Under the pieces are notes generated by a model, which was given only the letters and a program-made list of their open reading frames with translations, did no database searches and was not told the origin of the DNA. The translations under genes were made by a program, and so were the position numbers. A stretch of DNA of 64,000 bases, from positions 148,180,001-148,244,000 of the forward strand of contig OX597815.1 in NCBI GenBank assembly GCA_951406725.2. The letters are read 5' to 3'. Shown here in pieces: positions 1 to 12,991 of this stretch (position 1 is its first letter; every line of letters begins with the position of its first letter). Source of the stretch: Octopus vulgaris. Lineage: Eukaryota.

Positions 1-446
1 ATATATATATATATGTACATGCATATATGGGTCCATGACGTCGCTAACGGTGCAAATAACACGAAATACATAAACAAACGTGTTAAATACGTTAACAATA
101 AGAAAAAAAATGGAACCCATGCCAAGTAAACTCAGAGAACGGATCCTATCTAATCCTCATTTCGTGCACTCAATGACAATATAAATCTTCAAAGACTTTT
201 GCTCCCTTACATTCTATAATGAAATTTATGATTTATGGAGGGTCAAAGTTGGGAACTAAAACATGACAGGGGAGACATACAAGTAAACTGAACGAAAACA
301 AATATGGAGGGTCGTTAGATCAGAACGAGAGGAAAATTGCGAACGCTTTAAGAAACATTATTGGGTAAGAGGAAATTGAAGAGAGAGAAAAAACACTTCC
401 CTTGAACGTCCATGCACGAAAATAAAGATGGTCACGAGAGGAAAAG

Positions 447-498
<52 letters not shown>

Positions 499-2188
499 GT
501 CTGTATATTTATGCGTATATATAGATAAATACTGAGATTGTTATATGACAATATATATAGAGAGGGTGATAGATATATATTTAGATTTCTTAAAGTTCTT
601 TCTTCTATCAGTTATTCATTTATTCCCCCCATAACACCCGTGTCCTTCTGATTTTCCTACAAGCAGCCGCTTGAGTTTGCGCTCTATTGTGATGTAGAGG
701 TTTGTATATAATAACTTGCGTTCTGCATTCTTATTCCTCATAACACAAAATTCTTATTAATCTCCTTGCAAAAATGCAGGTCAATTTCATACTCTAATAT
801 GAATTTGCATATGTTTTTTTCTTGTGATTAAAAAAAAATGATGAATCTGGACAAAGTTAACTAAGCAATATTTAAAGAATGCTGCAATCTTCGCTTCTTA
901 ATTGTAATTGGTGGATCCTCTTTGTTACATATTCCAATAATTTAGAAGAAAATTAAAAAATAACTCTCAATTAGGAACTAATATTAATTAAAGAACAAAA
1001 AAATCATTCCTACCTCAATTGGTTTAAACTTACGTTATAAATCTAAAATATTTAAACGATGGTGTCATTTGACATGGTTACACCAAAGAATAAGTTTCTG
1101 AATAAGTTTCACATGGATAGCATATAGTAGCGCGCAGCCGCGTGTGCTCGCACAGGTATAAATACACATGTACAAATGTATATATATAAACATATGTATT
1201 ATATGATTAACTTCTTGTAATACGGCTGGATATCTTGTGCATTACGCATGTAAAAATAAAAAAAAAAAACAGAGATTACACAGCTTGGTGTCATGTTCTT
1301 TTCCATGAAAATGAAATATTTATCAGCAGCTCGGCGCAAGTAATTTTTTAAGAGAACAGATTAAAATATATAGGTGCAAAATGAAAAATATGTATTTGGT
1401 ATCACAAATGCTCGAACATGACACAGAATCGACAAGTTTAATTACAGTTTAGTAAGGACAAGTGAAGTTAACCAAACCAAATAAATAAATCAATAACTAA
1501 AAGAGCAGCGTTGAATGTGGAAAAGCGAGTATTTGAAAAATTTTAATGCATGTGACATGACAAAAAAATGCATATCTTTGTAATAGAGACAGTAAAATGA
1601 TTACAAATATCGTGGTTAGAAAGTTAAAATGTCAGACATAAAAAGAAAGAAAGAGTTGAGAAAAACAATAATGATGGAAATATATTTTTTTCAGAACGTA
1701 CATTAATTTATCTTGCAATGGAAAAGGAAAAAAATTAAATTATATGAATCATGTTGCCAGAAGTCGTAGAGGGAAGCTTATTACAGACAGTCAGTCTATA
1801 GGTGGAAAAGAAAAAAAAAACATGAGAACAATGAAATACGCCATGAATAATATCGAATACTTTATTAAATGTTAGAAATTAGATGTGCAGAAATGACAAC
1901 AAAGAAAAGAGAAAATACACACTCAGAGAAATAGCAAGTAAACTTCGGGCTTTGGGAAAAAGGATTTTAAATCAGAATGGAGCGAAATATATGATGAGAG
2001 CACAATATGGTACAGACTTCACGGAAGAAACTGGGTTGTAGAACCAAAAGAAGAATTCGAATGAGCAATGAGTTCAGAGATTTCTGGAAAACAAAGAGAG
2101 GACGATAGACGTGTTGTTAGAACTAGAATCGCAATGGACAGCAATGAATACTCGATGTCTCATGAATTGTATGGCAATATTTGTTAGG

Positions 2189-2238
<50 letters not shown>

Positions 2239-2269
2239 AAAAAGGAGATGTGGAACACGAGTTGTGATA

Positions 2270-2594
2270 TATAAAAAAAGGAAATGAAGAAAATGCTGAC
2301 AAAATAATTTAAGTAAGGGAGAGTGTATTTAATTAGGTGAAATTTCTTTTTACCGGTTGCGCATTTGATATGCTTATCAAAAGATATTTTTTAAAGAGAG
2401 ATAGAGTTCCTTTCTGATAGATTTTTTTCTCTTACCAGATAAGAGAAAAAAATCTATCAGAATGAAACGCTTCTCTCTTAAAAAAATCTTTTGATAAGCA
2501 TAACAAATGCGCAACCGGTAACAAAAACTTTCACCTAATTAAATACACTCTCCCTTACTTAAATTATCTTGTCAACATTCTCTTCATTTCCTTT

Positions 2595-2600
<6 letters not shown>
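2270..2600. repeat. Foldback hairpin with ~165 bp arms and a 5-nt loop (2435-2439), carrying a decayed hammerhead motif
   Basis: The innermost 23 bp are perfectly complementary (ttctgatagatttttttctctta / taagagaaaaaaatctatcagaa), and the outer arms match with scattered mismatches. The right arm at 2491-2520 reads TTGATAA-GCAT-aacaa-ATGC-GCAA-CCGG-TA, a two-box-mutated form of CTGATGA..GAAA..TH. Confidence 0.9.
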
Positions 2601-2629
<29 letters not shown>

Positions 2630-2653
2630 AGATATGTATGTATATATGTATGC

Positions 2654-2714
<61 letters not shown>

Positions 2715-2719
<5 letters not shown>

Positions 2720-3116
2720 ATATAGAAGGAGCTTCTACAGGACTAGAACTGTTTCATTCAAGAGAAATCTTCAGGAAGCTAGCTAACAAGAATTGTATTG
2801 GCATTTATACATTTAGGCAGGTTTAAAGGGGTGTTGGTGGGGGACATTTTGGGGGTAGGCATAGCGCCAAATATCATACTTGGGGGAGTGGTCAAGGAGT
2901 CAGTGTTAAATTAGATAGAAGAATAAATAAAAAATAAAAAATAAAAAATAAAAAAATAAAAAAATAAAAATATATATATATATATAAAAAAAGGGGGGAA
3001 TAGAGTTTTAGGTAAATAAGGAGATTCTCACTTATACCTATGCACATATGTATACATATATACACACGCATACAAACATATATACATATAACATACACAC
3101 ATACATACACACACAC

Positions 3117-3147
<31 letters not shown>

Positions 3148-3940
3148 CACTTACACATACATATACATATCTACACATACACATATATGTATACATACAC
3201 ACACTCACATGCATACACGTATACACACATGTATATATACACACACGACCACACATACATATACACACAGAAAAATATATATACACATACACACACATAC
3301 ACTCACATACACGCATACACACACAAATCCACACACATACACGCATACACACACAAATCCACACACACACATGCACACACAGCATACTAGTCCCTATATA
3401 CACATATATACACATACACACATATATACACACACACATACATATACATACACATATACACATACATATATACACATATATATATACATATATATATATA
3501 TACATATATACATATATATATATACATACGTGTACCTATGCATACCTACACATACACACATATATATATACACATACAAATACAGACCCATTCCCTAATT
3601 TTAATTTTATTATCTTCGTTTATTACTTTTGTTATCTTTGGCCGCTTGGTCACAAACATCTTGGCTATGACAGCCAGTCCATTTATTTGTCTACTGGAAA
3701 ACAAGCACTCATTCACTCACGCACACTCTTTAGCACGTACACTCACTCATTCGTACACTCATACACATACACGCACGCACGCGTTATATTCATACATACA
3801 TACATCTACATACATTCACGTATATACACATACGTACGCGTACCTACAGATTCATGTCTACACTCTTAGAAGGCTAGTCTATACATATACACCAATAAAT
3901 ATAAATACACACACATATACACGTACACCTACATACAAAT

Positions 3941-4011
<71 letters not shown>

Positions 4012-4220
4012 CATATACATACACACATATACATACACATACATACACATATATACACATATACACACATATACACATATATACACACATACACATACAT
4101 ACATATACACACATACACATACATACGTATACATACATACATACATCCATACATCCATACATACATACATTTATACACATACACACACCCACATACACAC
4201 ATATATATACACACACATAC
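2715..4220 (-). repeat. Left arm of a ~1.5 kb inverted repeat (PLE pseudo-LTR-like)
   Basis: Unique blocks at 2720-3040 and 3580-3900 are near-identical reverse complements of 6270-6590 and 5440-5765, with matching microsatellite mosaics between them. Confidence 0.92.
2730..2780 (-). ncRNA. Type I hammerhead ribozyme
   Basis: The reverse complement reads AGCTTC-CTGAAGA-tTTC tctt GAAt-GAAA-CAG ttctagtc CTG-TA-GAAGCT: 6-bp stem I, both conserved core boxes, short stems II and III, GUA cleavage triplet. Confidence 0.8.
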
Positions 4221-4525
4221 ATATATCAACAATTGAGGGTAAAGTTAATTAGTTATTAATCAATTTCACCAAGTATTCAGTTGTAAAAGGACCATTATTT
4301 TTATGAGTAAACAATGTCTGAGGGAAAATATTCTCTAAGTAGTGGAAGAGGCTAAAAAACTTTATTGGCTGCTATTTCTAGAAAGTTCAGTATGTGGCAA
4401 AGTAATTTATTTTACTAAGCCCTAATTATATAATATGTTATACATACATACACATACATACACACATACATATACACATACATATGCATACACACATATA
4501 TACATATATACATACATACATCTAT

Positions 4526-4562
<37 letters not shown>

Positions 4563-4793
4563 TACATATATATATATATATATATACACATATATATATT
4601 TTTTTACATACATACACGCACACACACACATAAAACATGCGTATAATCCTACTATACCCATACATTTCTATACATATATACGGTACACATATACAAGCGT
4701 GCACATACAATATGTGAAAGGTCTTAGGAGAAAAGGTAATCGGGGGTGCTAGGGGAACGGTGGGATTGGGGGGGTTTTGTGGGTGGGGTGTCA

Positions 4794-4998
4794 TCAATCT
4801 GGTTGCCGGGTAGGTCTATAGTTCTTGTAGTTCGCATACTTCTTATGCATACAATTTGGGGAGTGTTCTGAGATTTTGTTAAGGAGAGGGCCTTTGGCGA
4901 ACAAGATCTCTAGGCTCTCCGATATGCAGAGGTCACAGCAGGTATGGCCTCCTGTGTACGAGCGCGCCTTCTGTAGTAGTTTCCACTTGGTCTTGAAA
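4794..4998 (-). mobile_element. C-terminal fragment of a Penelope-like (Naiad-type) GIY-YIG endonuclease
   Basis: KWKLLQKARSYTGGHTCCDLCISESLEILFAKGPLLNKISEHSPNCMH matches the W-x-I...C-x-LC-x-x-E...LLNKxSE...C-x-H tail of this endonuclease type. It is also homologous to the translation at 37228-37569. Confidence 0.8.
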
Positions 4999-5119
4999 TG
5001 TATGTATGTGTGTGCGTATATTTGTATATGTATGTATGTATATGTATGTGTGTGTATGAATGTATATGTATATATGTATATATGTATATTTATATATATA
5101 TATATATATATAGATATAT

Positions 5120-5335
5120 ATATATGCGCGTATATATATGTATGTATGTGGGTGTGTGTATGTGTATAAATGTATGTATGTATGGATGTATGGATGTATG
5201 TATGTATGTATACGTATGTATGTGTATGTGTGTATATGTATGTATGTGTATGTGTGTATATATTTTTATATGTGTGTATATGTGTATATATGTGTATGTA
5301 TGTATGTGTATGTATATGTGTGTATGTATATGTGA

Positions 5336-5405
<70 letters not shown>

Positions 5406-6162
5406 ATTTGTATGTAGGTGTACGTGTATGTGTGTGTATTTATATTTATTGGTGTATATGTATAGACTAGCCTTCTAAGAGTGTAGACATGAATCTGTAG
5501 GTACGCGTACGTATGTGTATATACGTGAATGTATGTAGATGTATGTATGTATGAATATAACGCGTGCGTGCGTGTATGTGTATGAGTGTACGAATGAGTG
5601 AGTGTACGTGCTAAAGAGTGTGCGTGAGTGAATGAGTGCTTGTTTTCCAGTAGACAGATAAATGGACTGGCTGTCATAGCCAAGATGTTTGTGACCAAGC
5701 GGCCAAAGATAACAAAAGTAATAAACGAAGATAATAAAATTAAAATTAGGGAATGGGTCTGTATTTGTATGTGCATATATATATGTGTGTATGTGTAGGT
5801 ATGCATAGGTACACGTATGTATATATATATGTATATATGTATATATATATATATGTATATATATATGTGTATATATGTATGTGTATATGTGTATGTATAT
5901 GTATGTGTGTGTATATATGTGTGTATGTGTATATATGTGTATATAGGGACTAGTGTGCTGTGTGTGCATGTGTGTGTGTGGATTTGTGTTTGTATGCGTG
6001 TATGTGAGTGTATGTGTGTGTATGTGTATATATATTTTTCTGTGTGTATATGTATGTGTGGTCGTGTGTGTATATATACTTGTGTATATACGTGTATGCA
6101 TGTGAGTGTGTGTATGTATACATATATGTGTATGTGTAGATATGTATATGTATGTGTAAGTG

Positions 6163-6193
<31 letters not shown>

Positions 6194-6592
6194 GTGTGTG
6201 TATGTATGTGTGTATGTATATGTATATATGTTTGTATGCGTGTGTATATATGTATACATATGTGCATAGGTATAAATGAGAATCTCCTTATTTACCTAAA
6301 ACTCTATTCCCACCTTTTTTTATATATATATATATATTTTTATTTTTTTATTTTTTTATTTTTTATTTTTTATTTTTTATTTATTCTTCTATCTAATTTA
6401 ACACTGACTCCTTGACCACTCCCCCAAGTATGATATTTTGCGCTATGCCTACCCCCAAAAAGTCCCCCACCAACACCCCTTTAAACCTGCCTAAATGTAT
6501 AAATGCCAATACAATTCTTGTTAGCTAGCTTCCTGAAGATTTCTCTTGAATGAAACAGTTCTAGTCCTGTAGAAGCTACTTCTATATAATAA
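5120..6592 (+). repeat. Right arm of the ~1.5 kb inverted repeat (PLE pseudo-LTR-like)
   Basis: Reverse complement of 2715-4220. Confidence 0.92.
6527..6577 (+). ncRNA. Type I hammerhead ribozyme
   Basis: AGCTTC(6527-32) CTGAAGA(6533-39) tTTC-tctt-GAAt GAAA(6552-55) CAG..CTG TA(6570-71) GAAGCT(6572-77); identical to the copy at 2730-2780. Confidence 0.8.
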
Positions 6593-6704
6593 ATTAATTT
6601 TACTCTGCTATGTATTGAGTACCTTATTTACTGTGGTTAACCCCGAATCAACCCGGGACCTACATATATATATATATATATATATATGTATGCATGTATG
6701 CATG

Positions 6705-6764
<60 letters not shown>

Positions 6765-6984
6765 TATTTAACTATGTGTACATGTGTGAGTGTGTATGTG
6801 TGTGCAATGTATGAATATACGTATGTATTTTTGTCTCATTGAATACATATGTAGATATTACGTATGCACACACACATCACGCGCACATAAATATATATAA
6901 ATATACATACACGCATGTATACTCTTATATGAATGTATCTGCGTATACTCACACGTGCTTCGCATAAACTTGTGCAGACGGATA

Positions 6985-7043
<59 letters not shown>

Positions 7044-7692
7044 AAGCGCATCTTTATATCTATGTTTGGGGAAAGACAGAGAAATAGATGTGAATAAAAT
7101 TAACGCACAATTTAGATTTTCATAAAATAATCTAAAAACTATTATTTAAAAAAAAGCATAGGGATAACAAAGGAAATATCAACTAGAAAATAAAATAATT
7201 GGTAATTTACAAAATTTATTGCATAGGAATTTAATGTATGGCAAATCTATGAGGAGCGGCAATTTGAATGATTCGATTATTATAATATATAATAATTCAT
7301 ACTACATTTTAATACGTTGTTAGAAAAAAGTTGGATAATTTAACGTAATTTACTTCCCTCATGTTGCAGGCAACGAATACAATTTTGCAGATTTTGCAAT
7401 TATGTATTAAACGTCTTTGGGGATTCTTAACAACGTCAGTTAAGAAAACTTTTCCATTATCGCTTTCTTCAAAATGTTTTTAATATGAATTTCACGTACA
7501 TTTCTGTGTATTTGAAAAGGATGGAGTGGGGAAGGGAGATATAAAAAAAAGAAACAATACTTATGTTTAAGTGTATAATTCTATAATTATCTAATTGTAA
7601 ATTTTTCTTGGTATAATTCGAAATTTTCAGCAATGATTTCACGTGTAACAACGCGCGCACACACGCACACACAGTGACAAATATGCACATGC

Positions 7693-7765
<73 letters not shown>

Positions 7766-7799
7766 TACATATATATATATATGCATATATAAACATATA

Positions 7800-7856
<57 letters not shown>

Positions 7857-8033
7857 AGGGAGAGAGAGAGACATAGATATACCTACATTTATCTGCATAT
7901 GCAATATAATATGTATGTATTAGCACATTCTTGTTGTTTAAGGCAAGAAAGGTCAGAGACTAAAAGATTCAATTCAGAAAATTCACAATGGAATTTCTGG
8001 TTTCTTATGTCATATATATATATACATATACAA

Positions 8034-8172
<139 letters not shown>

Positions 8173-8989
8173 CATATATATACATATATATATTTTTTAT
8201 AATTATTCTCTCCAAAGTGGCGCTTTACACCGATTTGGTGTATAATACATAAATTTCGAATTATATCAAGAAGATTTGGTATAATTCGCCACACATATTC
8301 ACTAGATCACATATCTTTAAGTGAAGTAAGTATAGTCTGATTAGCAGACAGGAGTGGCATTAAATTTGTAGAAAGTTACCTTTGAAAAACCATGTCGTTG
8401 AATATAGGTGTCAAACTCTTCCAGGCATGACGAGCAAAAGTTTCAGATTCATTCTTGCTGAAAAATAGAAGGTAAAATGCATTGATTTTCCGACTGTTGA
8501 TATACGACTCACTGAAGGTTTACCCGATTTAGTTTTAAAGAGAGTAGGGTGTGAGTGTCCGTTTACAGCACCCATATTACAGAACCTACTACATCACCAA
8601 ATGCTAACTTCGAAGCCGTTTATCCATGCACCGTCCCCCAATACGACATCAAACGCAATATTACAGGAATTGTAAAAGTGGCCGGCTACTCGAAACCACT
8701 ACTTTACTACAGAGCTATTCCAGCAGAAAAATAATGCCACTAAATCAGATGCATATGTTGGCATCTATAGTCCTTCAGCACCGTCTCGTGCCTCCTTACG
8801 ACGATGTGGCCTCTAGTTTGTCCGATCAATGGAAGAGCCTGATTGTGTAATTAATGTGCAAGTGGTTGAACACCCCACAAAAATGCGTAAATTTAATGTG
8901 AGATTCTAAAGATGTCACACTTACTCTTTTAGCATTATATAGCAATAACTGTATAAGTATATAGCTTTTACGTTTATAAATTCGTTTTG

Positions 8990-9570
8990 CAAGATTCTTG
9001 ATGCGAATTTGTGTGTTGAAACATATATTGTTGAATTTGGGGATGGTCATGTTGCCAGATTCGTCAATAAAAACACACGCACTATATATTTGGTGTTCAT
9101 TTGCCTCATCTTTATTTTATATTACTCGAATTTCGGCCAGAATTTTTCTTCACACTTCTGTGATCTCATCTATGGTCCTTTGCTTTCTTCTTTCGTTTCT
9201 AGTAATGATCAGTCATTTTGTATTCCTATTGTATGTGTCTATATTTGCGTATGCGTATTCCCCTCTGTGTGTCTATCTTCAGTAAGTGTGTGTGTGTGAG
9301 TGTACCTGTATTATTAGTTTTCCTTGTTTATACAAGTTCGTTTCATTTATTTTTATATATTTTGTTCATTTGTTTATATCTACTTATGTTTCTTTTCTTT
9401 CTTTTTTTTGTATTTAACTTAATTTAATTTATTTTGTTAATGTATATAGTTATTTAATTTCATTTATTTATCTGTGTATTGTATTATGTTCATGTTGTTA
9501 TCAGTTTATGGGGATCTTATTCTTTCATAGGTTGTGGTGTGTCGGGGTGTGTGTGCTAGTGTTCTATTCT
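8990..9570 (+). repeat. Left arm of a diverged ~600 bp inverted repeat (partner 11820-12495)
   Basis: gtgttgaaacatatattgttg...caataaaaacacacgcactatatatttggtg (9013-9095) is the reverse complement of 12389-12471, and colinear matches continue through the arm. Confidence 0.8.
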
Positions 9571-9899
9571 AGTTTACTTGCTGTTTAATATCACATTTTA
9601 TACTAAATCATGTTTGTTCTGATTATGCAGTTGTATCTCTCATAATAAAAACAGACAAAACTCAAGTGCTGAATTATTATATTCACAACTTTCTGAAGAA
9701 CGGTCATGGGAACGTTGATTAACAGGTTTTGAAATTTATTTTGGCTATTTTGAAATAGTATATTATTCTTCCTTTGATATTAAGTACTATTTTTCACCTT
9801 GTTTACCACTTAGGGGCTCCTTTGTATCCATGTGTGTGGAGAGAAAGAGGGAGGGAGGGAGAGAGAGAGTGACGCACGAAAGCCTGAAGGGCGCAGCAT

Positions 9900-10780
9900 C
9901 ATAGCAGATTTTGAAAATGGTTCTCTGTAGCATCAATTCACAGTTATGTACCTCTAGCAATGTCTAGGTACACCATGTATCAAATAGTAGCATCGATGGC
10001 CGCGACTGCACGCGTCATATTTTTCTTCAGTTCCTCTATTAAGTGTGGATTTATGTCGTACGACGTGCTCAAGTGCTCCGAGAGACAATAATTATACTTT
10101 GAAAGGTTAGAAGAATGTGGTGGTCTCAAATTTTCGCACAATGTGCGTTCCTCAATGGCGATCACATTGGCTCACTGCATGGACACCAGAAAAAGAGTGC
10201 GAGTCACCCAATCCTACTAGAAATACGCCTTTAGTGTGCTCGGCACAAGATTCGTTTAAAGATCTCCGTGTTCACAGTACTGTTAAACCTCATCGGTGCA
10301 GTGAAGCGTGTCCTTGAAGGAGCATGCCAAACGTCGGTTTTTGTCTGTGGAATGGCTGCTCATACACAAGGTGAGGATTCTCTATCACCTGCACCATGTG
10401 TTTCATAATTTTATGTGGCCGGAGATTTGAAAGTTTCGTCATACATTATGTACTGGAATGGGTGCCGCACAGCGTTAGAATTACTATTCAAAAGACATGT
10501 GTAGTAGTTTACTTTTGATTGTTGTACACGTGTGAAATGATATGGCTTGAAATTTAAACCTTTCAATATCCGTTGGTATGGCATCCTCCTTATGAGATTG
10601 TTGCACCAATTTACGAGTTGGCTTATTTTAACTTCGAGTCATCTTTTAGAAATTTCCTGAATAACTTCCGGTATTCGAACTAGGTTCTCATTGTTTGCGG
10701 CGTTGTGCGCTCTGTAATATGACGCTTCTTAACCAACATTTGTATCGTTCGTTTTGCCGGTAAGTTCCTTTTTACCAGAA
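9900..10780 (-). mobile_element. Degenerate Tc1/mariner (IS630-Tc1-mariner) transposase relic
   Basis: Minus-strand RPPHSSNLSKYNYCLSEHL...PHLIEELKKNMTRAVAAI resembles the WPPxSPDLxPxDYxLWxxLK...PxxxxELK motif. Upstream, PHLVYEQPFHRQK resembles NPHxxxExPLHxxK. Many stops and frameshifts. Confidence 0.6.
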
Positions 10781-11734
10781 ACGACTTCAAAAGTTTCGTG
10801 CGTTTGTTTAACAGGATACGATATCATAATAATAAATAATAAAAAGTTATAATTTTCCTGATTTTTACTAATTTTTGCTGACTTTTACTTATTTCAAAAA
10901 TGTTTAATATTTTAAAATTATAAGTTGAGTATTTTAGTTTACTTATGTACCGACCTAGAAACTTATTATTTATCAAAGTTAACATATAAATAAAATAAAT
11001 TAACCAAGAAAAATATGACTATTCCCGTCATACACTATCTTCTGGCTTCACCTGATTTATTATGATAAATATTAGAAAATAACTTTTAAGAACTATTAAA
11101 TGTTAAAAAGAAGTATCTCCCCCCCCAAAAAAAAATAAAAGTAGCTCGCAATATTTGATTATACGATTGCTGGTAGCCCTGTTTAATCCATGGAGAGAAA
11201 ACTACCATACAGATAAGTAAATATTTCTTTTTATTAACATTTCTTTTTCCTACTTTTATTCCACATTTCTATTCATTATTTACTAAAGTAAAATTATTCC
11301 AACAACTTCTAGTTATATAATTTTAGTTTTCATGTCATTATATATGATGTAAATAGCAAAATATGTTTATACATGCTAGACCTGAAGATTAGCAAAATAA
11401 TCGTTTTAATATGGTATTGTATTTAGAGACATTCTATTTCAGTAATGTCTAGGAATATGTTGTCATGAAATGCGCGTAGTAAAGTATATGATTTTAAATA
11501 AGAATTGAAGGTATTAATTTTAATAATTTGGAATAAGAATTTTAGGTATTAATTTTCATAATTTTAACATTTAGTCCTATATGTACCTTTTGTGGATATA
11601 TCATTCAATAATGATTGAATTGCTTGAGGGTGATTCTGTCTCTTAAACCTATATATATATATATGTGTGTGTGTATATAATACAGTGAGTAATTCATGTT
11701 AGTCCTACTAGATTGAATTTCTCTCCCCTGTGGA

Positions 11735-12033
11735 CATATGCTTGTATGTATAACAACAATAGTAGTAATAATAATAATAAATCCAATCGAAAAAAATATA
11801 AATAAATTTATAAAAAAGAAATAGAGAACTAGAATGGAGCACTAACACACACCACAACATATGACGATAGAGGATTCTGAAAACATAACGAATACACAGA
11901 TAAATAAACTAATAGAAATAAATAACTATATATACATATATATATTTTTTTTTTAATAAATTTATTTATATTTTTTTTCGATTCGATTTATTATTATTAT
12001 TACTACTATTGTTGTTATACATACAAGCATATG
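11735..12033. repeat. Small nested inverted repeat (11735-11818 / 11945-12033)
   Basis: catatgcttgtatgtataacaacaatagtagtaataataataataaatc is the reverse complement of gatttattattattattactactattgttgttatacatacaagcatatg. Confidence 0.88.
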
Positions 12034-12495
12034 TAATGATAATAATAAGTGGATGTAAACACATGAAGAAAAAAAGTAAGAATAAACAAAAACAACAAAA
12101 ACAAAGTACAAATTACATGAACATATATAAACAGAAGATACAAATATTACAGGCATTCCCCTCACATACACACAGTAAATAAACATAAACGCACATAGAG
12201 ATATAAGCATGCGCAAATGAAGACATACAATAGAAATACAAAATGGCTGACGGTTAGTAAGGCGAGACACAAATAAGAAAGAAGAAAACAAAGGACCACT
12301 GATGCGGTTACAGGAGTGTGACGAAAGAACTGTGGCCGAAATAAGATTAAGATTAATGTAAAAAATAAATAACACTGAAGCAAAATAGCACCAAATATAT
12401 AGTGCGTGTGTTTTTATTGGCTAAACTGGCAAAATGACCATTCCGAAATACAACAATATATGTTTCAACACACGACTTCACATACTTGCACAACA
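11820..12495 (-). repeat. Right arm of the diverged ~600 bp inverted repeat
   Basis: Reverse-complement similarity to 8990-9570; interrupted by the nested inverted copy near 11945-12033. Confidence 0.8.
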
Positions 12496-12506
12496 AATAT
12501 TTAAAC

Positions 12507-12547
<41 letters not shown>

Positions 12548-12549
<2 letters not shown>

Positions 12550-12945
12550 CACGGAGTGGCTGTGTGATAAGTAGACTGCTTACCAACTACATGGTTCTGG
12601 GTTCAGTTCTACTGCCTGACACCTTAGGCAGGTATCTTCTAGTATAGCCTCGGGTCAACCAAAGCCTTGTGAGTGGATTTGATAGATGGAAACTGAAAGA
12701 AGCCCGCCATGTGTGTTTATATTTATATATGTGTATGTGTGCATATTTTTGTGTGTCTGCGTTTGTACCCCTAACATCCATTGATAACTGATGCTGGTGT
12801 GTTTACGTTCTAGTAACATAGCGGTTCGGCCAAAGAGACCGATATAATAATAACTTGACTTACAAAAATAAGTCGTAGGGTCGATCTGCTCGACTAAAGG
12901 CGGTGCTCCAGCATGGCCGCAGTCAAATGACTGAAACAGGTAAAG
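12548..12945 (+). mobile_element. tRNA-derived SINE, family A (bipartite, with internal TA/TG tract)
   Basis: Head ggagtggctgtgtgataag...gggttcagttc (A/B-box-like), body gacggaaactgaaagaagccc, tail ctccagcatggccgcagtcaaatgactgaaac. Many copies in the window. Confidence 0.88.
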
Positions 12946-12955
12946 GAAATTAAAC

Positions 12956-12991
<36 letters not shown>

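Noticed and set aside
1300-2190. Purine-rich, coding-like stretch
   Set aside because: Stops in all frames and no recognisable motif; possibly an old TE relic but unsupported.
2892-6415. Many long overlapping ORFs (up to 389 aa) rich in Y, I, H, T, C, V and M
   Set aside because: They are translations of stop-poor (TA)/(CA)/(TACA) mosaics. Only the 4794-4998 portion is genuine protein-derived sequence.
9690-11480. CTGAAGA...GAAA strings at ~9693 and ~11383 as further hammerheads
   Set aside because: No convincing stem I or stem II pairing.
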